A stretch of DNA of 63,693 nucleotides, filler included, from Asterionella formosa (GCA_002256025.1; 13 parts of 13 records of this genome joined end to end with filler, not necessarily neighbours in it), one strand, 5' to 3'. Counted from the whole stretch's first letter, positions 34,295 through 47,778 are shown. The notes: generated by a model from the sequence alone, not told the origin. Numbers and translations are program-made.

Positions 34295-36064
34295 ATCAGA
34301 GTTGTTTGATGGGAGGAACAACTTTGGGCGGAAGCGCTCTTGCTACTTGTGTCAGGCTACTATAGCTATGTGCATGGCTGGTTGCAGCAACCAGATCACC
34401 TACGCCACATAATGATGCAGATCTCAATTGGCTGGGTTTAGCTTTTTTCTTCATTTCTGTTTTATTTCGCTCTTTGATTGTGTGATGGAAAGGCAAGAAT
34501 GTTGCCTACTACAATGGATACATCGCCACTGAAACTCCTCTTTTAACCTATTGTTTCTAAACCAAAACAATATTTTCTATTTCTCATTTGACGCTACTTA
34601 TTACATCGCATTTCATACTTTGGTTGCTCCAAACATCATGTTCAATTTTCGTTGATGTTGCATGTTACAATCATTCTCNNNNNNNNNNNNNNNNNNNNNN
34701 NNNNNNNNNNNNNNNNNNNNNNTTAATTAATTAANNNNNNNNNNNNNNNNNNNNNNNNNNNNNNNNNNNNNNNNNNNNTATACTTCTCAAGCCAAGACAT
34801 TTGCACTTTTGATGGGAAAGGCAGACGAAAACGCAGTCAAATTGGATGCCATACCTAAGTTCTTTGAAATCAAATTGCCAAAGGACGACGAGACAGCATC
34901 CACATATCCTGCAGCTGAGCATATTCATAAACCAACTTTCCTGTTCTAAAACGAGTTTCGCATGCGTACATATTGGCATTTGTGGTTACTAGCTTGTACT
35001 ATCGTACTTAATTTGCAGAAACAGACTTACAATTTATTACAAAATTCAACATTTCATTTGTTATTTGATAATTCTAGTTCGTCAAAAAATTTGCTTCCCA
35101 TGTTTGCCCGAAGCCTTTCAGTGAAGAGCGGTTTCCAATGCGCACCCACTGTCCTCATTTTTCCGATGTTACACATTGCGAGGTTTCTTTTCTTCCAAAA
35201 TATTTTTATGATGTACCTTCAATCCACACATTACGTACAACTAAATGAAATAGTTAAAGGTAAAGTTAGCTTTCACCAATACGACCATTTTGCATACCGG
35301 TACAGTAATGCTTAGAAATCGTACGTATTTTCTATTAGAGCTCCTCCTTATGAAACCCGAAGGCCACTTCGCGTTTGGTTCAACAGTAAGCGCAGGTATT
35401 GAAAGCAATCACCGGTACCGGTTAGGTATCCTATATGTAGTAATAAGTGACAAATTGAGAGGACTTTTTTCTCATGAAGCGATTCCCGAACCATGCGTGG
35501 GCTGTGTAGTTGAGAGTCATGTACGCACCTGTTATGTACCCGGTACCAGGTACCAGGTAGAGGTAATTACCGGAATGTACTTAATGGTCGCAACATCCCG
35601 GTCTTAAATGTCATTCAAAAAGTCCTTATTGCTTTTAAGTAAGCGTGTGAATATTGTCTTTGAGAAATTAATTATAAGAGCGCGGTACTTTCCAGTGGAC
35701 GGGAATGTAAATACATGATCTTCTTACCTGGTACCAGGTACCTGGTAGACTACCAGGTACCATAATAATTTGGTCCCTACATATACCGGTATGCCTGTAC
35801 GCAACACTACTTACTCGCTCTAGTCTAAATTTATTAGCGACACATGGAGCNNNNNNNNNNNNNNNNNNNNNNNNNNNNNNNNNNNNNNNNNNNNTTAATT
35901 AATTAANNNNNNNNNNNNNNNNNNNNNNNNNNNNNNNNNNNNNNNNNNNNATACTCTCGCTCACTCTACACTTCTTCCGCACGCCTCTTCCTTATCAGCT
36001 CTTCATCGACCACTTCAAAAGTTACCTCCCTGCAGCAACATGAAGACCGGCTGTGTATTGTTTA

Positions 36065-36392
36065 GGTGACCGTTCCACGGTGTTTGTCATTCTTTCCAGA
36101 CAGAGATATGGATATTGTCTAGTTCTATACTCTTTCCCAAGTAATTGGTCTGTTCCACAACATGGAAAGGTGTTACAGTTGTAACCTAATTGAATTTCCA
36201 GTACTAGTGGAAACAGTCACTATAATTATGTGTGTTTCGCTACAACATGATATGGTGACCATTCCATGGTGTTTGTTATTGTTTCCAGACAGAGATATGG
36301 ATATTATCTAGTTCTATAATCTTTCCCAAGTAATTGGTCTGTTCCACAACATGGAAAGGTGTTACAGTTGTAACCTAATTGAATTTCCAGTA
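36065..36392. repeat. Local direct duplication of ~140 bp
   Basis: 36065-36203 is nearly identical to 36254-36392. Confidence 0.85.
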
Positions 36393-36598
36393 TTTCGCCT
36401 ACACCCTAGTACACGGTGATGATTGTTACCACTACTGATTTGTCAATAACTTCATCAATATTGGAGCAATCCATACCTAAGAACCACTCAACTCATTGGA
36501 AGATAGTACCGAATAAGATGGTATTCCGTTGATTCACAATGGATCAATGCTACTCATCATTTACATGTCACAGCCCGGATTTTTTCACCTACACCCTA

Positions 36599-37022
36599 CA
36601 TCTAAGACGCCGTTTACGGCACTTTTTCGAATTTATGTCTAAAGTGACGTATTTATGCTATTTTTTTAAAATATTATGTTACTTTTCTAAAATATTATGT
36701 TACTTTTTTGAAATATTATGCTACTTTTTCCCTAATTTATTCGGGTTAAACAAAATTTTTTTTCACTTATCGAATAATTATGTGATCACGCCAATAATTA
36801 TGTGTGTTCGTGACAATATATGTTGACCAACTAGCCATCGCAACAGTTTAAAAGCGAAATTATGCTGTTCTGCCGCAATATTATGCTGCTTTCACCATAT
36901 AATGAACGAAAGAGTCGCCAATTCCGATTCACTTATTATTTTTTCCGCTCTGACATATTTCTTTGATCTGAACTGGCAAAGAATAACACATGCAAGAGGA
37001 AGATTCACACAGTAGAATTCAG
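36599..37022. mobile_element. Terminal segment of a dispersed DNA-transposon-like repeat
   Basis: Near-identical to 56999-57427 and begins (TA)CATCTAAGACG. A related terminus lies inverted at about 17596-17640. Contains a 21-bp aaatattatg(t/c)tactttt subrepeat. Confidence 0.7.
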
Positions 37023-37122
37023 NNNNNNNNNNNNNNNNNNNNNNNNNNNNNNNNNNNNNNNNNNNNTTAATTAATTAANNNNNNNNNNNNNNNNNNNNNN
37101 NNNNNNNNNNNNNNNNNNNNNN

Positions 37123-38194
37123 GCCTAACCACGGAGCTGCTTGGCTGATGTGGGCAATAGAAATAACTGAACCACGTGGTATGTTTCGATTGAAAGTGAG
37201 AGGAAGGTCAGGATAGCGACGAAGATATTTGGCAATTTGAAGGAGTCCCTCAAAGTGTAACATGCCAGGAGCATTTTGATATTGAGCAAGACGTTGAACT
37301 GCAGTTTGAATATCCAATCTAGTCCATTGACAGAGATGTTGAAGCTGCCCCAACAGTGTGCGATATTCAAATCCATATGTTTTGATAGCTGTTTTCATCT
37401 CGAGGCTGGAATATGGTACACAACTTGCCAAGGCTTCCTCGTGCTGTATTCCAGCAAGCATAGGGACTATATTTGCAATGGAGAGTGCTTGCTTATTCCA
37501 TGTGGTACCGTAGACATATGTTAATATCTCTGAAACCAAATGGGTTTGATCAATAGTCATACAATTAGGGCTAAAGAGGAACCGAAGGCCAAAAAAATGT
37601 GAGACAATTCCCAAGTTATGAACCTTCCAGTGAGATTCTAAGGTGGCAACAATGTGCTTGTACGTAGTGACAGAATGTGTTCCAATGAGGATATCATCAG
37701 TAGCTCTGGCCATAATGACATGGTGAGTATTAATAATTCCTTGGTAAATGCATTGATCTGCTCGATTCTTTACTAGTCCAAGTTCCCCACATATGACTTT
37801 GTCAATATGTTCTCCCCATTCACGGGATGCATCTTTGCGACCTTGAACATGTGCAAACATTTCGACTCCAAGAGTTTTCCATGGATATTTGTTACCAGCC
37901 GGGAGTGTTTTAGTCATTGATGCATATTCAGTAGGGAATCTAGTTTGGAACCATAGGATGTACTCAGGAAACACTCTGAGCCAAATGCGATTGCCAGCTT
38001 CATTGGGAGGTGCTGGGGTATTTTGAAATGCATTGCTAATATCAAGATGGTAGAAATTATAATGCAGATATGTACCAATGGCAAGAAAAACTTTGATAGA
38101 CATAGCCAAGATGGTTGGTGCAAAAGATTCAGTGTAATCTACTCCTTTGATTTGGAAACTGCCATTCACACAGAGGCGAACTTTGCGATCATTG
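37123..38194 (-). mobile_element. Copia reverse transcriptase fragment (second family), uninterrupted ORF
   Basis: R.CVNGS.QIKGVDYTESFAPT, HLDISNAF, ATDD, FFGL, YRTLLG.L..L..WTRLDI. Open across the whole contig. Confidence 0.9.
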
Positions 38195-38348
38195 NNNNNN
38201 NNNNNNNNNNNNNNNNNNNNNNNNNNNNNNNNNNNNNNTTAATTAATTAANNNNNNNNNNNNNNNNNNNNNNNNNNNNNNNNNNNNNNNNNNNNAACCGG
38301 CCGAATTGGATATGGAGAATCCTTTTCTCCACGGCAACAAGTCTCCAA

Positions 38349-39290
38349 TTATCTTGCCAACAAGTTCTGTCTGGTTATTGGAAGCGGCGCATCGACGTTG
38401 CGCTTGTACCATGTCACCACTGTTTTCATTTCAGCTACGTTGTAGCTTCCAGCTTCCTTTCCAGTCTCTCTGATGGCCTGTACCTTCTGTGACAATTCAA
38501 AAAACCGTTGATTCAATTTCTGCTTCTTGTTTTGTTCCTGGATTTCATGCCGGTGTTTGATTTCCAGCATATGCTCAAAAAGCGGTGGTCCTAGACAAGT
38601 GTTTCCAACAGCAAAGTGCAGTCCTGCGGTCATTCATTTGTGTGTGTCGATTGCTGCTTGTGCTGTTTGCTTTCTTTTCCTGGCATGTTCTGCTGCATCA
38701 TTACCATTTCGCACATCTTCTCTGTTTATGTATTCAACGATTTGATTTGTAAGAGTTCCTGAAAGTCCTTCTTGCAGGTTGAGCTGGTCAGGTGTAATAG
38801 AGGTTCTGTTGCTGTGTGAGATTAAATTCAATGGGACAACACCAAATTTCGTCAGCTGTATTTCAGGATTCAACAAGCAATTATAGTTCAAAGGTCCCCA
38901 GCCTCGCTCTGCTACCGCTTTTTTGTTTGTGCATAATCTCGCAAATCTTTTTTCCCAAGAAGTGAATTTGCAAGTTGCAGTCGCTCCCTCTCGGCATGTG
39001 ATGGGCGGACGCATTTTACTCAACTGATCAATGAGCTCCACAATGTAAAGTTCCACTTCAAGCATAGGTGAAAGGCATTCTGTGTTTGTTCCTTGATTGT
39101 TTTTTCTTTTTGCACGTGTTCTAACTGTTTCGAAATTAATATTGACAGCAGGAGGAATACCAAGCGCCTCCTTTTCTCTCAATATTATGCAGGCAAGTGT
39201 ATTTCTCTTCACTCGTGATTCTCCTCCTTTTTCTTCTTCCTCTTCTCTCACCATATATTCTGCTGCCGAATTGGAAATACATTCTTTCAC
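38349..39290 (-). pseudogene. Internally deleted DNA-transposase-like gene fragment
   Basis: ETVRTR..SPMLEVE..I (HTH/CENP-B-like) fused abruptly to AVAERGWGPLNYN.L..PE and a frameshifted coiled-coil tail. Resembles repetitive diatom transposase families. Confidence 0.4.
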
Positions 39291-39669
39291 TTTTTCTTTG
39301 GATGACCACCATAGGGCAGGGTTGCAGTGACAGAAATGGTGCTGCTGCTGCTTTCAGTTGATGNNNNNNNNNNNNNNNNNNNNNNNNNNNNNNNNNNNNN
39401 NNNNNNNTTAATTAATTAANNNNNNNNNNNNNNNNNNNNNNNNNNNNNNNNNNNNNNNNNNNNACTACAACAATACTATTATATGACAAAAGTGCTTGCA
39501 AAAAGTGGTGTTAGGTTAGTCTTTGTGTTATAGACGCCATTTGATCAATCGATTGCACCAGTGGCGTTTTCAAGTTGCGCTGTGTTGCTGATGTTGATTT
39601 TCCCATCCACAAAATAGATTATATAGTTGGCGCTGGCATGTCTACAGTTATTTTATCAGTGGCAACGGA

Positions 39670-40449
39670 CGTGATACACAGTGATCAACGGCTTGATCAG
39701 TGATACAGCATTGGTCAGGGGTCCAAAAACTGTATCAGTGATACACCCATGATACACCGGTGATCAGACCAAAAAAACCGTTGGTGATACACCAAAAAAA
39801 ACCAAACCGCCATTTTTGTATCATATTTCGGCGATGATACACCAATGACAACAAATAACAGAATGATAAGAACGGCCCTAACAATGGTGGAAAAATGTCT
39901 CATGGTGCTATTTATAGGACAGTATCAGCTAAGCAATGCATTTTCCCTTGGATATCTGTTAACCAAGTGAAGAATGAACTAAAACAAAGTGCTAAACTAG
40001 AAGTTAAGTCTAGTACTACTAGTAGTATGTATACTACTTCTGGTTCGTCCCTCTTTCAGCCATCAACTGCAACCATGGTGTCTACATTGACACCTGACCA
40101 TTGTGGACCTACTAAACCCCAATTCTTGAATGCTGATGGCAGCTTTGCCTTGTTATTTCCCAGTAATCTCATTCATAATTCATATGAAATTGTCGAGGAG
40201 GAAGAAGATGACAACAATGAAGGTGTGAGTGAGCATTATGATAGTCAGTTTACAATGATGGGCACTTTGGCATATGAAACTGGAAACAATGGTGTGCTTA
40301 CCTGGGGAAGTTTGGAGGCAAATACAAACACAACGAAAACAAACAAGGAGGACATGAGTAGTACAACTATACAACTGTTGGTGGACGGCCCAAAGGTGCC
40401 ACCATTGCTGCCACCATTAGCAACAAACCCCAGATGCAAAATGCATTGA
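39670..40449 (+). mobile_element. Transposon left end with TGATACAC repeats and decayed ORF start
   Basis: Multiple (G)TGATACAC motifs at 39670-39845, followed by an ORF that frameshifts near an AT-hook-like GGRPKG. Confidence 0.3.
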
Positions 40450-40659
40450 TTGAAGCAACAGATGAGTACATGAATAAAATGCTAGACAGCAAAAATAACA
40501 ACAAATGTACCTCCAAAGGAACAATTTCTTTAATCNNNNNNNNNNNNNNNNNNNNNNNNNNNNNNNNNNNNNNNNNNNNTTAATTAATTAANNNNNNNNN
40601 NNNNNNNNNNNNNNNNNNNNNNNNNNNNNNNNNNNACATACTAGTGCCTACGAGGACAA

Positions 40660-40797
40660 AAAGAATTATGGCACGTTACTTTGTCTATGACAAGAAAATT
40701 ATTGGGTGTTTGGTTCCACCTCGAGAAAAATGTACAGGGGGGTCCAGCAACCATAGGGGGGGTCCAGCAACCATAGGGGGGGTCCAGGACAATGAAG
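40660..40797 (+). mobile_element. Right end of another copy of the pogo-like family
   Basis: Homologous to 8230-8324 and ends GGTCCAGGACAATGAAG-TA. A 20-bp ggggggtccagcaaccatag unit is locally repeated. Confidence 0.8.
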
Positions 40798-41157
40798 TAT
40801 ACGGTATACTGTCATTTCATTTTCCAAGTAGAATGTTCCAAAATTTTACCAGAATACTGGTCGAGCTTGCCAGTATACTGCTATGTAGGAATCTTACAGA
40901 CCATCCGGAATGTCTTCTGATGCAATGGAGCTAGAAATTCCTCGTGGTGCTTATGTATTCTAACAACAACAACAATGGAAAGTAATCATCATTCTTTCGC
41001 ACATCATAACATCATCACATTTTGTATATAGCTGCCATTATTATTGCCTTCTGCATCCTTGCGTTGGGCCAAAAAATCATTAGATATACATCGATACAGT
41101 TTTCATGCCTGATACTCCGTTCCAGGTACCCCAAAAAGGAAAGGCCCTATCATATAA

Positions 41158-42027
41158 CCGGCGAAAAACTGCTGTGACCCAGTGAGTTCTCCTACCGGGT
41201 ACCGGTGTTCGTTTGATTAGTTCGACTAAACCCATTCCATGCTTTCTTCCGAGAATCAAACTTCCAAGTCTTGTTAATCAAAGGTGTCAGCAGGTTGTGG
41301 ATCTGTCAATATTCTCAGTGTTGAGATGAGAACCCTTTTATGTGGACATATTTGCTGATAATGGGTCACAGCAGTACTTAAATTCTTATCTACTATATTT
41401 ACCATTGTTACTTACCATCATTCATGGATTACTCTTTTTGGTTTTCGCAAAATTATTTTTAAGAATTTTCGCATCCAGATTTAACATGAGTACATAACAT
41501 ACATCACAATCACACTTTTATCTACTGGTACATATTGCAAAGCATTCAGCCACATTAAATGCCTGTGCCCATCAACATTTCCTTTTCAGTGTATGGGGGA
41601 TGATGGTACCTGGTACTGTGTGGGTCTGCCTACCTTGGCACACCTATGGATGCTCAAGCTGCTTGGGCAATAACAGGTGACAGGGATAGGGATATAACAC
41701 AAATCAAACACCAAATAAATCAAATGGGATATTTTTGAATAAAACCGTGTATATCAAATCACAATGAATTCTCAAAACATGGGGTTTTCTACACTCTCGT
41801 GATATTTTCGTCAATTGCACTTTTCAACCAATATTTTAGGACAAACCAATTGCTATATAAACTTATGTCTAATGGTATAAAGCATTAAAGCGTTCATGAT
41901 CAGGATTTGGGTCGAACTTTTAAAATTAACAAATCGGCATTTGGTGGGGGCAAACCATGCTTTCCTCCTGTTCAGTGGGTCACAACAGTTCCAATTATTT
42001 TAAGTGGGTCACAGTAGTTTTTACTGG
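41158..42027. mobile_element. Old MITE-like element
   Basis: Imperfect TIR ccggcgaaaaactgctgtgaccca / tgggtcacagtagtttttactgg with internal gggtcaca copies. No clear TSD. Confidence 0.45.
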
Positions 42028-44034
42028 CACCTGATACTCGGAGTACAAGTACCAGCAAGCTGCGGTCATTTTGCTGAAATTGATAATGCGATGCAGGGCA
42101 GGCGTTTAATTATATAGAAAATGTCGTGAAGTGATGCATATAGCAAATATAGCAGTACCCCACCGGTAGCCAGGATGTTGCTTGCATCAGGCGTGATAAT
42201 GACTGTGACCATGATTTATTTAGATATAATGTTACATACTTTGCTCATAGTATCGGCAAGAAGGACCCCCTGATAGGGGGTAGTGGTTATATAATTCATA
42301 GGCGTAAGGGTCATTCAGAAAATCTATTCCAATTTGCAAGTTCTAGTTGTTATCAGCAAATTCTATTCGTATTCAGTTGTAGTCAGCAAATCCAAGCCAT
42401 TTTCCGCACATTCTATTCAACATCAGCAGATTCTAAATATAGAAAGAGATGATTCCTATTTGTTGTCCAAAGCTAGAAGACGCTTCGCAGAATCGGTTCA
42501 TCAGTCAGCAAATCCGAGTCGTGTTCAGAGACTGATTCTGCAAACTGGCATCAGTAATAAGAGTATCATTTTCCTAAATTGCTTAAGAAATATTGTTTCC
42601 ATCGAAAGCTGGCCTATCTTGTCTGGCAGGCATGGGACAAATCATTGGGAGTGACTCAAAACTGAAAAGGTTGCGCTTGTCCTGGACTTCCTTAGCTAAT
42701 GCCAAGGTGGGTGCCAGGTTCCAGGTTCCAGGTACTGGTACTGGTACCGGTAGTCTATTCCTGGTAGCTATGTATTCATAGGTCTATATATATGTACACG
42801 TACAATTGTTGCATGTAGTATTTAGAATGCATTATTCAATTCTCATGTTTAGATTATGTATTACCAGGTACCAGCAGGTACCACCGTAATACCTGATGTC
42901 TCCTAGTACCCCTCTCCCTGACTGATTTTACTTAGAGGGGAGTACAAGACATTGGACCTTTTTTGATCGTCAGACGTTATGAAAAAACCAATACCAGTAT
43001 TCTAAAACGTAAATAGGCTACTAAATTAATAGAGATATTGTTTTAGTTTCAAACGGTTTCTATGATCAAGACTTTCTATTTTTGGTGCACTGGCATGCCT
43101 GAGTATTGTGATGGCATCAATAGTAATTCCTAGAGTGTGTACATTTGTGTACCTAATCCTACGACGATATGTATTAACCTGTGTAATTTCTACGACCTGG
43201 ATCATGATAGAAATTGAGATGAGTCAACCACATCACTTATATGATTGTTCGACGAGAATAATGCATGCACAAAATATTTCTGCATCATCAAGCAGCAGAC
43301 GAAATGATTCTATGAATGCTCCCGGCAAGCCAACAACATCAAGGCCAGCACTGTCTCAGCCTGTAGCATTCAGCTTGGTGATCGCGCCACAACAAGGTCG
43401 CAACTTGCAGTTCGACTATTGAAATAGAGCTCAGGACAAGAAGGATAGTATGCATCGCCATTCCAAATGTCATTGGCATTGCTCGTGTTGTTGCTGAGGA
43501 TTGTTGTTTCATGATGGTGAGGACTGGTAATAATACAATTATAGTATATATGCATTAACAAATAGCTAGTAGAATACAATAATATGCTGTTCTTTTTTCT
43601 GTTGACATAAAATATTTGTGAGTGCTGCGCCAGATGTACAAATGACGGTACAGGCATATGGGAGGATACAAGATACCAGGTTTTACGGTAGTACCCTGGA
43701 CAAGTAGAAATATTGTGTTCCCACATGATAGTGTTTATATATATACATATATATATATATATGTCTAGTATAGTTGCTACACTTTATATTATTACAAAAT
43801 TTGTTGTTGCATTCACTATCATTTCTGCCTTTCACTGAGTCGCTCCTTCTCCAAACTCTGCATATCCTTCCCCACAATTCTGTCATCTGTTCCTCCACTT
43901 GTAGCAGGCAGCAGCACAGGCAATAAGCTTGCTGAGTCGCTTGGCATCAATCTCTATAATTCAGCCATTTTCATCATTCATAGAAGATGAGGAGGGGAAC
44001 AAGGACAACAGTGATGATGACAGCATAACATGTA

Positions 44035-44250
44035 CTCCATTGTCCTGGACCCCCCAATGTAGACTGCCATGACTGAATTTGACTGATTTTACTTTAGGGG
44101 GCCCAGGACAATGAAGAGATTTCCATTATACTAGACCAAAGTTCATTAGTTCTACAGGATAGCGCACATTTTTCTAAGATGCATTAATATCACAATTATT
44201 TCCACATTGCGAAAAATAAGAGAGTTCTTCACCTTGCAAGAAAAAGGCGA
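44035..44250 (+). mobile_element. Left end of another copy of the pogo-like family (truncated)
   Basis: Homologous to 6162-6385, including the TIR, the inner inverted copy and the start of the transposase (TLQEK). Confidence 0.8.
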
Positions 44251-44958
44251 CTTCATGTTGTTATTGGCGATCTAAATTTTGTTGTCATTATTAGTGTTAT
44301 TACTCTACTTCGTTTACAATTGTATTTTCCATGTCGTTCTTAATACAGGGAGCAACTAGCAAAGCGTCATTCTCAATTTTCGTGGAGATGATTTGTATTT
44401 TCGTCAGGGTCAATTTTTGCGACAACATGATGAAGGTTCTCCAGCTGATCACAACCACTACGGTACCTGTCTTCTCGTGTGTTTTACATGTACGAAAGAA
44501 TCGGAACATGATAGCTAAATAATTTTATGCTAGTGCATACAAGGACCAAAAGAATTAAGTGGGAAATATTTTTTGTATTCGTATTTGAAATGCAATACAG
44601 CTATTTTGCGTTGAGATGGCCTACAGGGTACACAAGATTGCCTGGCACGACACAGAAGATGACCAACTACCGGTACACCCACCCAAAAGCTGTGTATTTG
44701 TGTCATCGATAAGTTGTAGCCTAGTCACCGGTGTTATGTCTTTCTTTTCTCATGATGGGAATCTGATCTCAATCGTGTCGCACGTGAAATCCGAAGAACT
44801 GATGTCTTGAAGCCTTCAGTTCTGCGGACTTGACATGGGATCCCGAATTGCGAGTTTCATGCAACGGAAGGCGATTCGGCTGGATGCGAGAGATCCTCAG
44901 TTGAGAACTGCTTTGCATCTGAAAACAGAGAAAGTCAAATAAATCGCAAATTATCGAC

Positions 44959-45764
44959 ATGCCGACCATTGCTTAGTCCGACGATAGCTATCAAGGTGGA
45001 TCAGAAGAGGTATCGGCAACCGAGGAGCAGGCTAATCCATGCGATCGCGCGAATTCAACTTCTGGGACACGCCCCGACTGTGCACTTCACGACAGCCCAT
45101 CGCCTACGAAGCTATAGGTTGCCATACAATATGTGCTGCTGATCCTCTTTCTTGTTGGTACTACCTCCAGTGATGATGGGTATAAACATGCTAAATACGC
45201 CATCTTCAATGACATTATGGTCATGCTCTTACTCGGTTTTGGGTTCCTCATGACAGACATTCCTTCGCAAGTATGGACTGGGCGCCGTCGGCCTCACCAT
45301 GATGGTAACAGCCCTTGCCATCCAGCTTGACATATTTTCTGAGCTTGCCGTGGCTGTTGGTGCTTCTGCTCGTCTAGACCTCACTCCTGGGGGTGCACTC
45401 TTGTTAGGGGTTCTGTCTGGAATTCTTTCCGTTTATGGATGTGTCTATTCCACCCCTCTTCTAGAACGAAAGCTTGCAATCCATGACACATGCGGGGTAA
45501 ATAATTTGGGTGGACTGGCAAGTATTGCTTTTTTAGCGTTGGATTCAAACGCGAAATTTCTTGATGGTGACGTTTCTGTTTTGCGGATTTGCTAGTCTCA
45601 ATTCATGGCAGTTGTGTTTTGCCTCATTGTGGCAGTTGTTTCCGGGTATACGACCGTAAAAAATTATGGTGATTGTCAAGGCCATTGGTGAATGTGACGC
45701 ATATGACGATGCGTTATGGTGGAAAGGTGGATACTTCGACAAGGAAGGGAAAGAGTCTGTGTGA
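44959..45764 (+). pseudogene. Rhesus (Rh)-type ammonium/CO2 channel pseudogene
   Basis: DIMVMLLLGFGFLMT/FLRKYG and HDTCGVNNL are Rh signatures. Premature stops, frameshifts and a missing central TM region. Confidence 0.8.
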
Positions 45765-46278
45765 TATGGTTGGGGTGAGATTGAGGGGTACATGTTTGCA
45801 TACATTTTACTTAAAAATAGATAGACTGGTGAGAGATTGGAAATAATAATCATAGACTATAGACATTTACAGATTCGCACTAAGGGTCCAGCCTGACTTA
45901 TCGGTACCCTTCTCAAGCCAGCTTGTATCGACTCGGAAACGAGGTTGAATATGCAATAAAAATAGATGATAACCTGGCAAATTTAAGATCCAAGTAGACA
46001 GTCAATTTGTGATGTTCGCCTTTAAGCGTTTTATGTAGGAGAATCCATGATGTATCGCAATCAGCGCCGATATTTGTTGCCCACTTTGAAGGAGACTATA
46101 TGTCTTACAAAGCAGATGGTGCAAAACAGAAATAGAATATCTTGAGTCGACACTGATGCGTCTAACTAGGATATTTCCGCAACTGTACGTGGTGATTCAG
46201 TATGCAGATTAAATTGACAGTAGCAGCTGCATTTTAGGAGCATGTTTGTCTATCAGGGGCAGTATCGAAATCTTTGCA

Positions 46279-47778
46279 CTATTCCTTGGTTTCGTTTCGT
46301 CTTTTCTTCTCCGCCACAAATTTGCGAAGTCGTTCCAAACTCAGAGAAAATTCGTCGTCGCTTGCAGCTGTAAACACACATCGGAAGAATCCAGGGCGCT
46401 CACTCCTCATACTCAGTCCTGGGGTAAATAAAAGACCGTAATCATTCATCAATTCCAAATACAAGGTACGTTCTCGTTCTTGCATGGATCCTGAAGATTC
46501 CATGCCATCTTTACTCACTGAAGCCGGGTCAAGAGGAGGCAAAAAATCACTTAAGTCCATCCAACAGAAGAGGCCGGAATCTGCAGAAAGGTGTGGAATT
46601 TCACATTCGTCCAAGATATTGTGCAATGCATCACCACGAGATCGAAGGCGACAATGATTTTCTTGGATAAATGTACTAGCCCAGTAATCACCACTGGTAT
46701 TATCTTGTTCCGTCATCATTTTTTCAACCAACACTTGGGTCTGTGACGAAATTTGACATAGATCATTCAGCTTTTGAAGCGGGACTTGAATGTCTGGGTT
46801 TTCAGAATAGCAAACTCCAACACGCAATCCTGACAAGGCAAAGTCCTTGCTGAGGGCGTATACCATGTGAACGTAGCTACCGAGCTCGCCAGCAATTTCC
46901 AGAGCCGATGTAAAGACGGAGGAATCCCTGTACACAGATCCAGCATAGATCTCATCGCTAACCAAATGAATTTGACGCGATCGGCACCAGATGATGCAGC
47001 CTTCAACAATATGGGGAGGGTAGCATATTCCAAGAGGATTGTTGGGATGACTCAGCAGCAGGATGCGGGGATCTTCTCCATTTTCAATCGCTCGTTGATA
47101 AGTTGCTTCGAGGCTGGTGGGAGTTGGGTAATATGCTTCAATCGGAATCGTTTCGTTGCTGTCAACTGGCGGAATATCAGCGCCACTGCCCGCAAATGTA
47201 TTAACAGGAATGATGGTGAGAGAAGCGCGAGCTGCCAAGTCAAACTCAAACGCTGCATAGTACGGAGTAGGAATCAGAACACCTTGACCAGGGTCAGCTA
47301 AGCATATGCATAAATTTTCAAGTACAGCATTGCATCCAGCTCCCAAAATGATTGATTCTGCTTGCAGAGGTCTGCTTAGCTTCAAGGTTCGCTGAAGATA
47401 ATCTGCCATGGCCTGTCGAACTCCTGGTCGGCCCTGAGTTTGCTGATAATAAATGCAATCCGTCGCAAAAGTCGTTGACCCAAACTTGGTCAGGGCAGGC
47501 ACCAACAAATCCTCTAGCATTTTATTCTCTGCAATGCCAAGCTGCAATGCGCCATCAGGAGTTTCTGGCGAGTACCGCTCGACTGCCCGAGCATCGGCAA
47601 GATACGTTGGAAGGAAGGATACTGCTTCTATGCCTCGCTTTGAGTGAGTCGCAAAGAGACGTTTGTGGGCTCGAGTACTCTTTTGTCCACTGCCGTTAGC
47701 TAGGCTTCTGCTTGGCAGGTGCCATGTAGAAGGAGACAATAGTAGATGGCGAGAGAGGTTGAAACGGTAGTTCGACAT
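46279..47778 (-). CDS. ACC-synthase-like PLP-dependent aminotransferase (class I/II), mitochondrial-type presequence
   Basis: LGIAEN, PTPYYAAF..DL, PNNPLG, SDEIY, YALSKDFALSGLRVG (PLP Lys), PG..R.GFFRC. R/S-rich, acid-free N-terminus. Confidence 0.9.
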   Translation of the reverse strand: MSNYRFNLSRHLLLSPSTWHLPSRSLANGSGQKSTRAHKRLFATHSKRGIEAVSFLPTYLADARAVERYSPETPDGALQLGIAENKMLEDLLVPALTKFGSTTFATDCIYYQQTQGRPGVRQAMADYLQRTLKLSRPLQAESIILGAGCNAVLENLCICLADPGQGVLIPTPYYAAFEFDLAARASLTIIPVNTFAGSGADIPPVDSNETIPIEAYYPTPTSLEATYQRAIENGEDPRILLLSHPNNPLGICYPPHIVEGCIIWCRSRQIHLVSDEIYAGSVYRDSSVFTSALEIAGELGSYVHMVYALSKDFALSGLRVGVCYSENPDIQVPLQKLNDLCQISSQTQVLVEKMMTEQDNTSGDYWASTFIQENHCRLRSRGDALHNILDECEIPHLSADSGLFCWMDLSDFLPPLDPASVSKDGMESSGSMQERERTLYLELMNDYGLLFTPGLSMRSERPGFFRCVFTAASDDEFSLSLERLRKFVAEKKRRNETKE

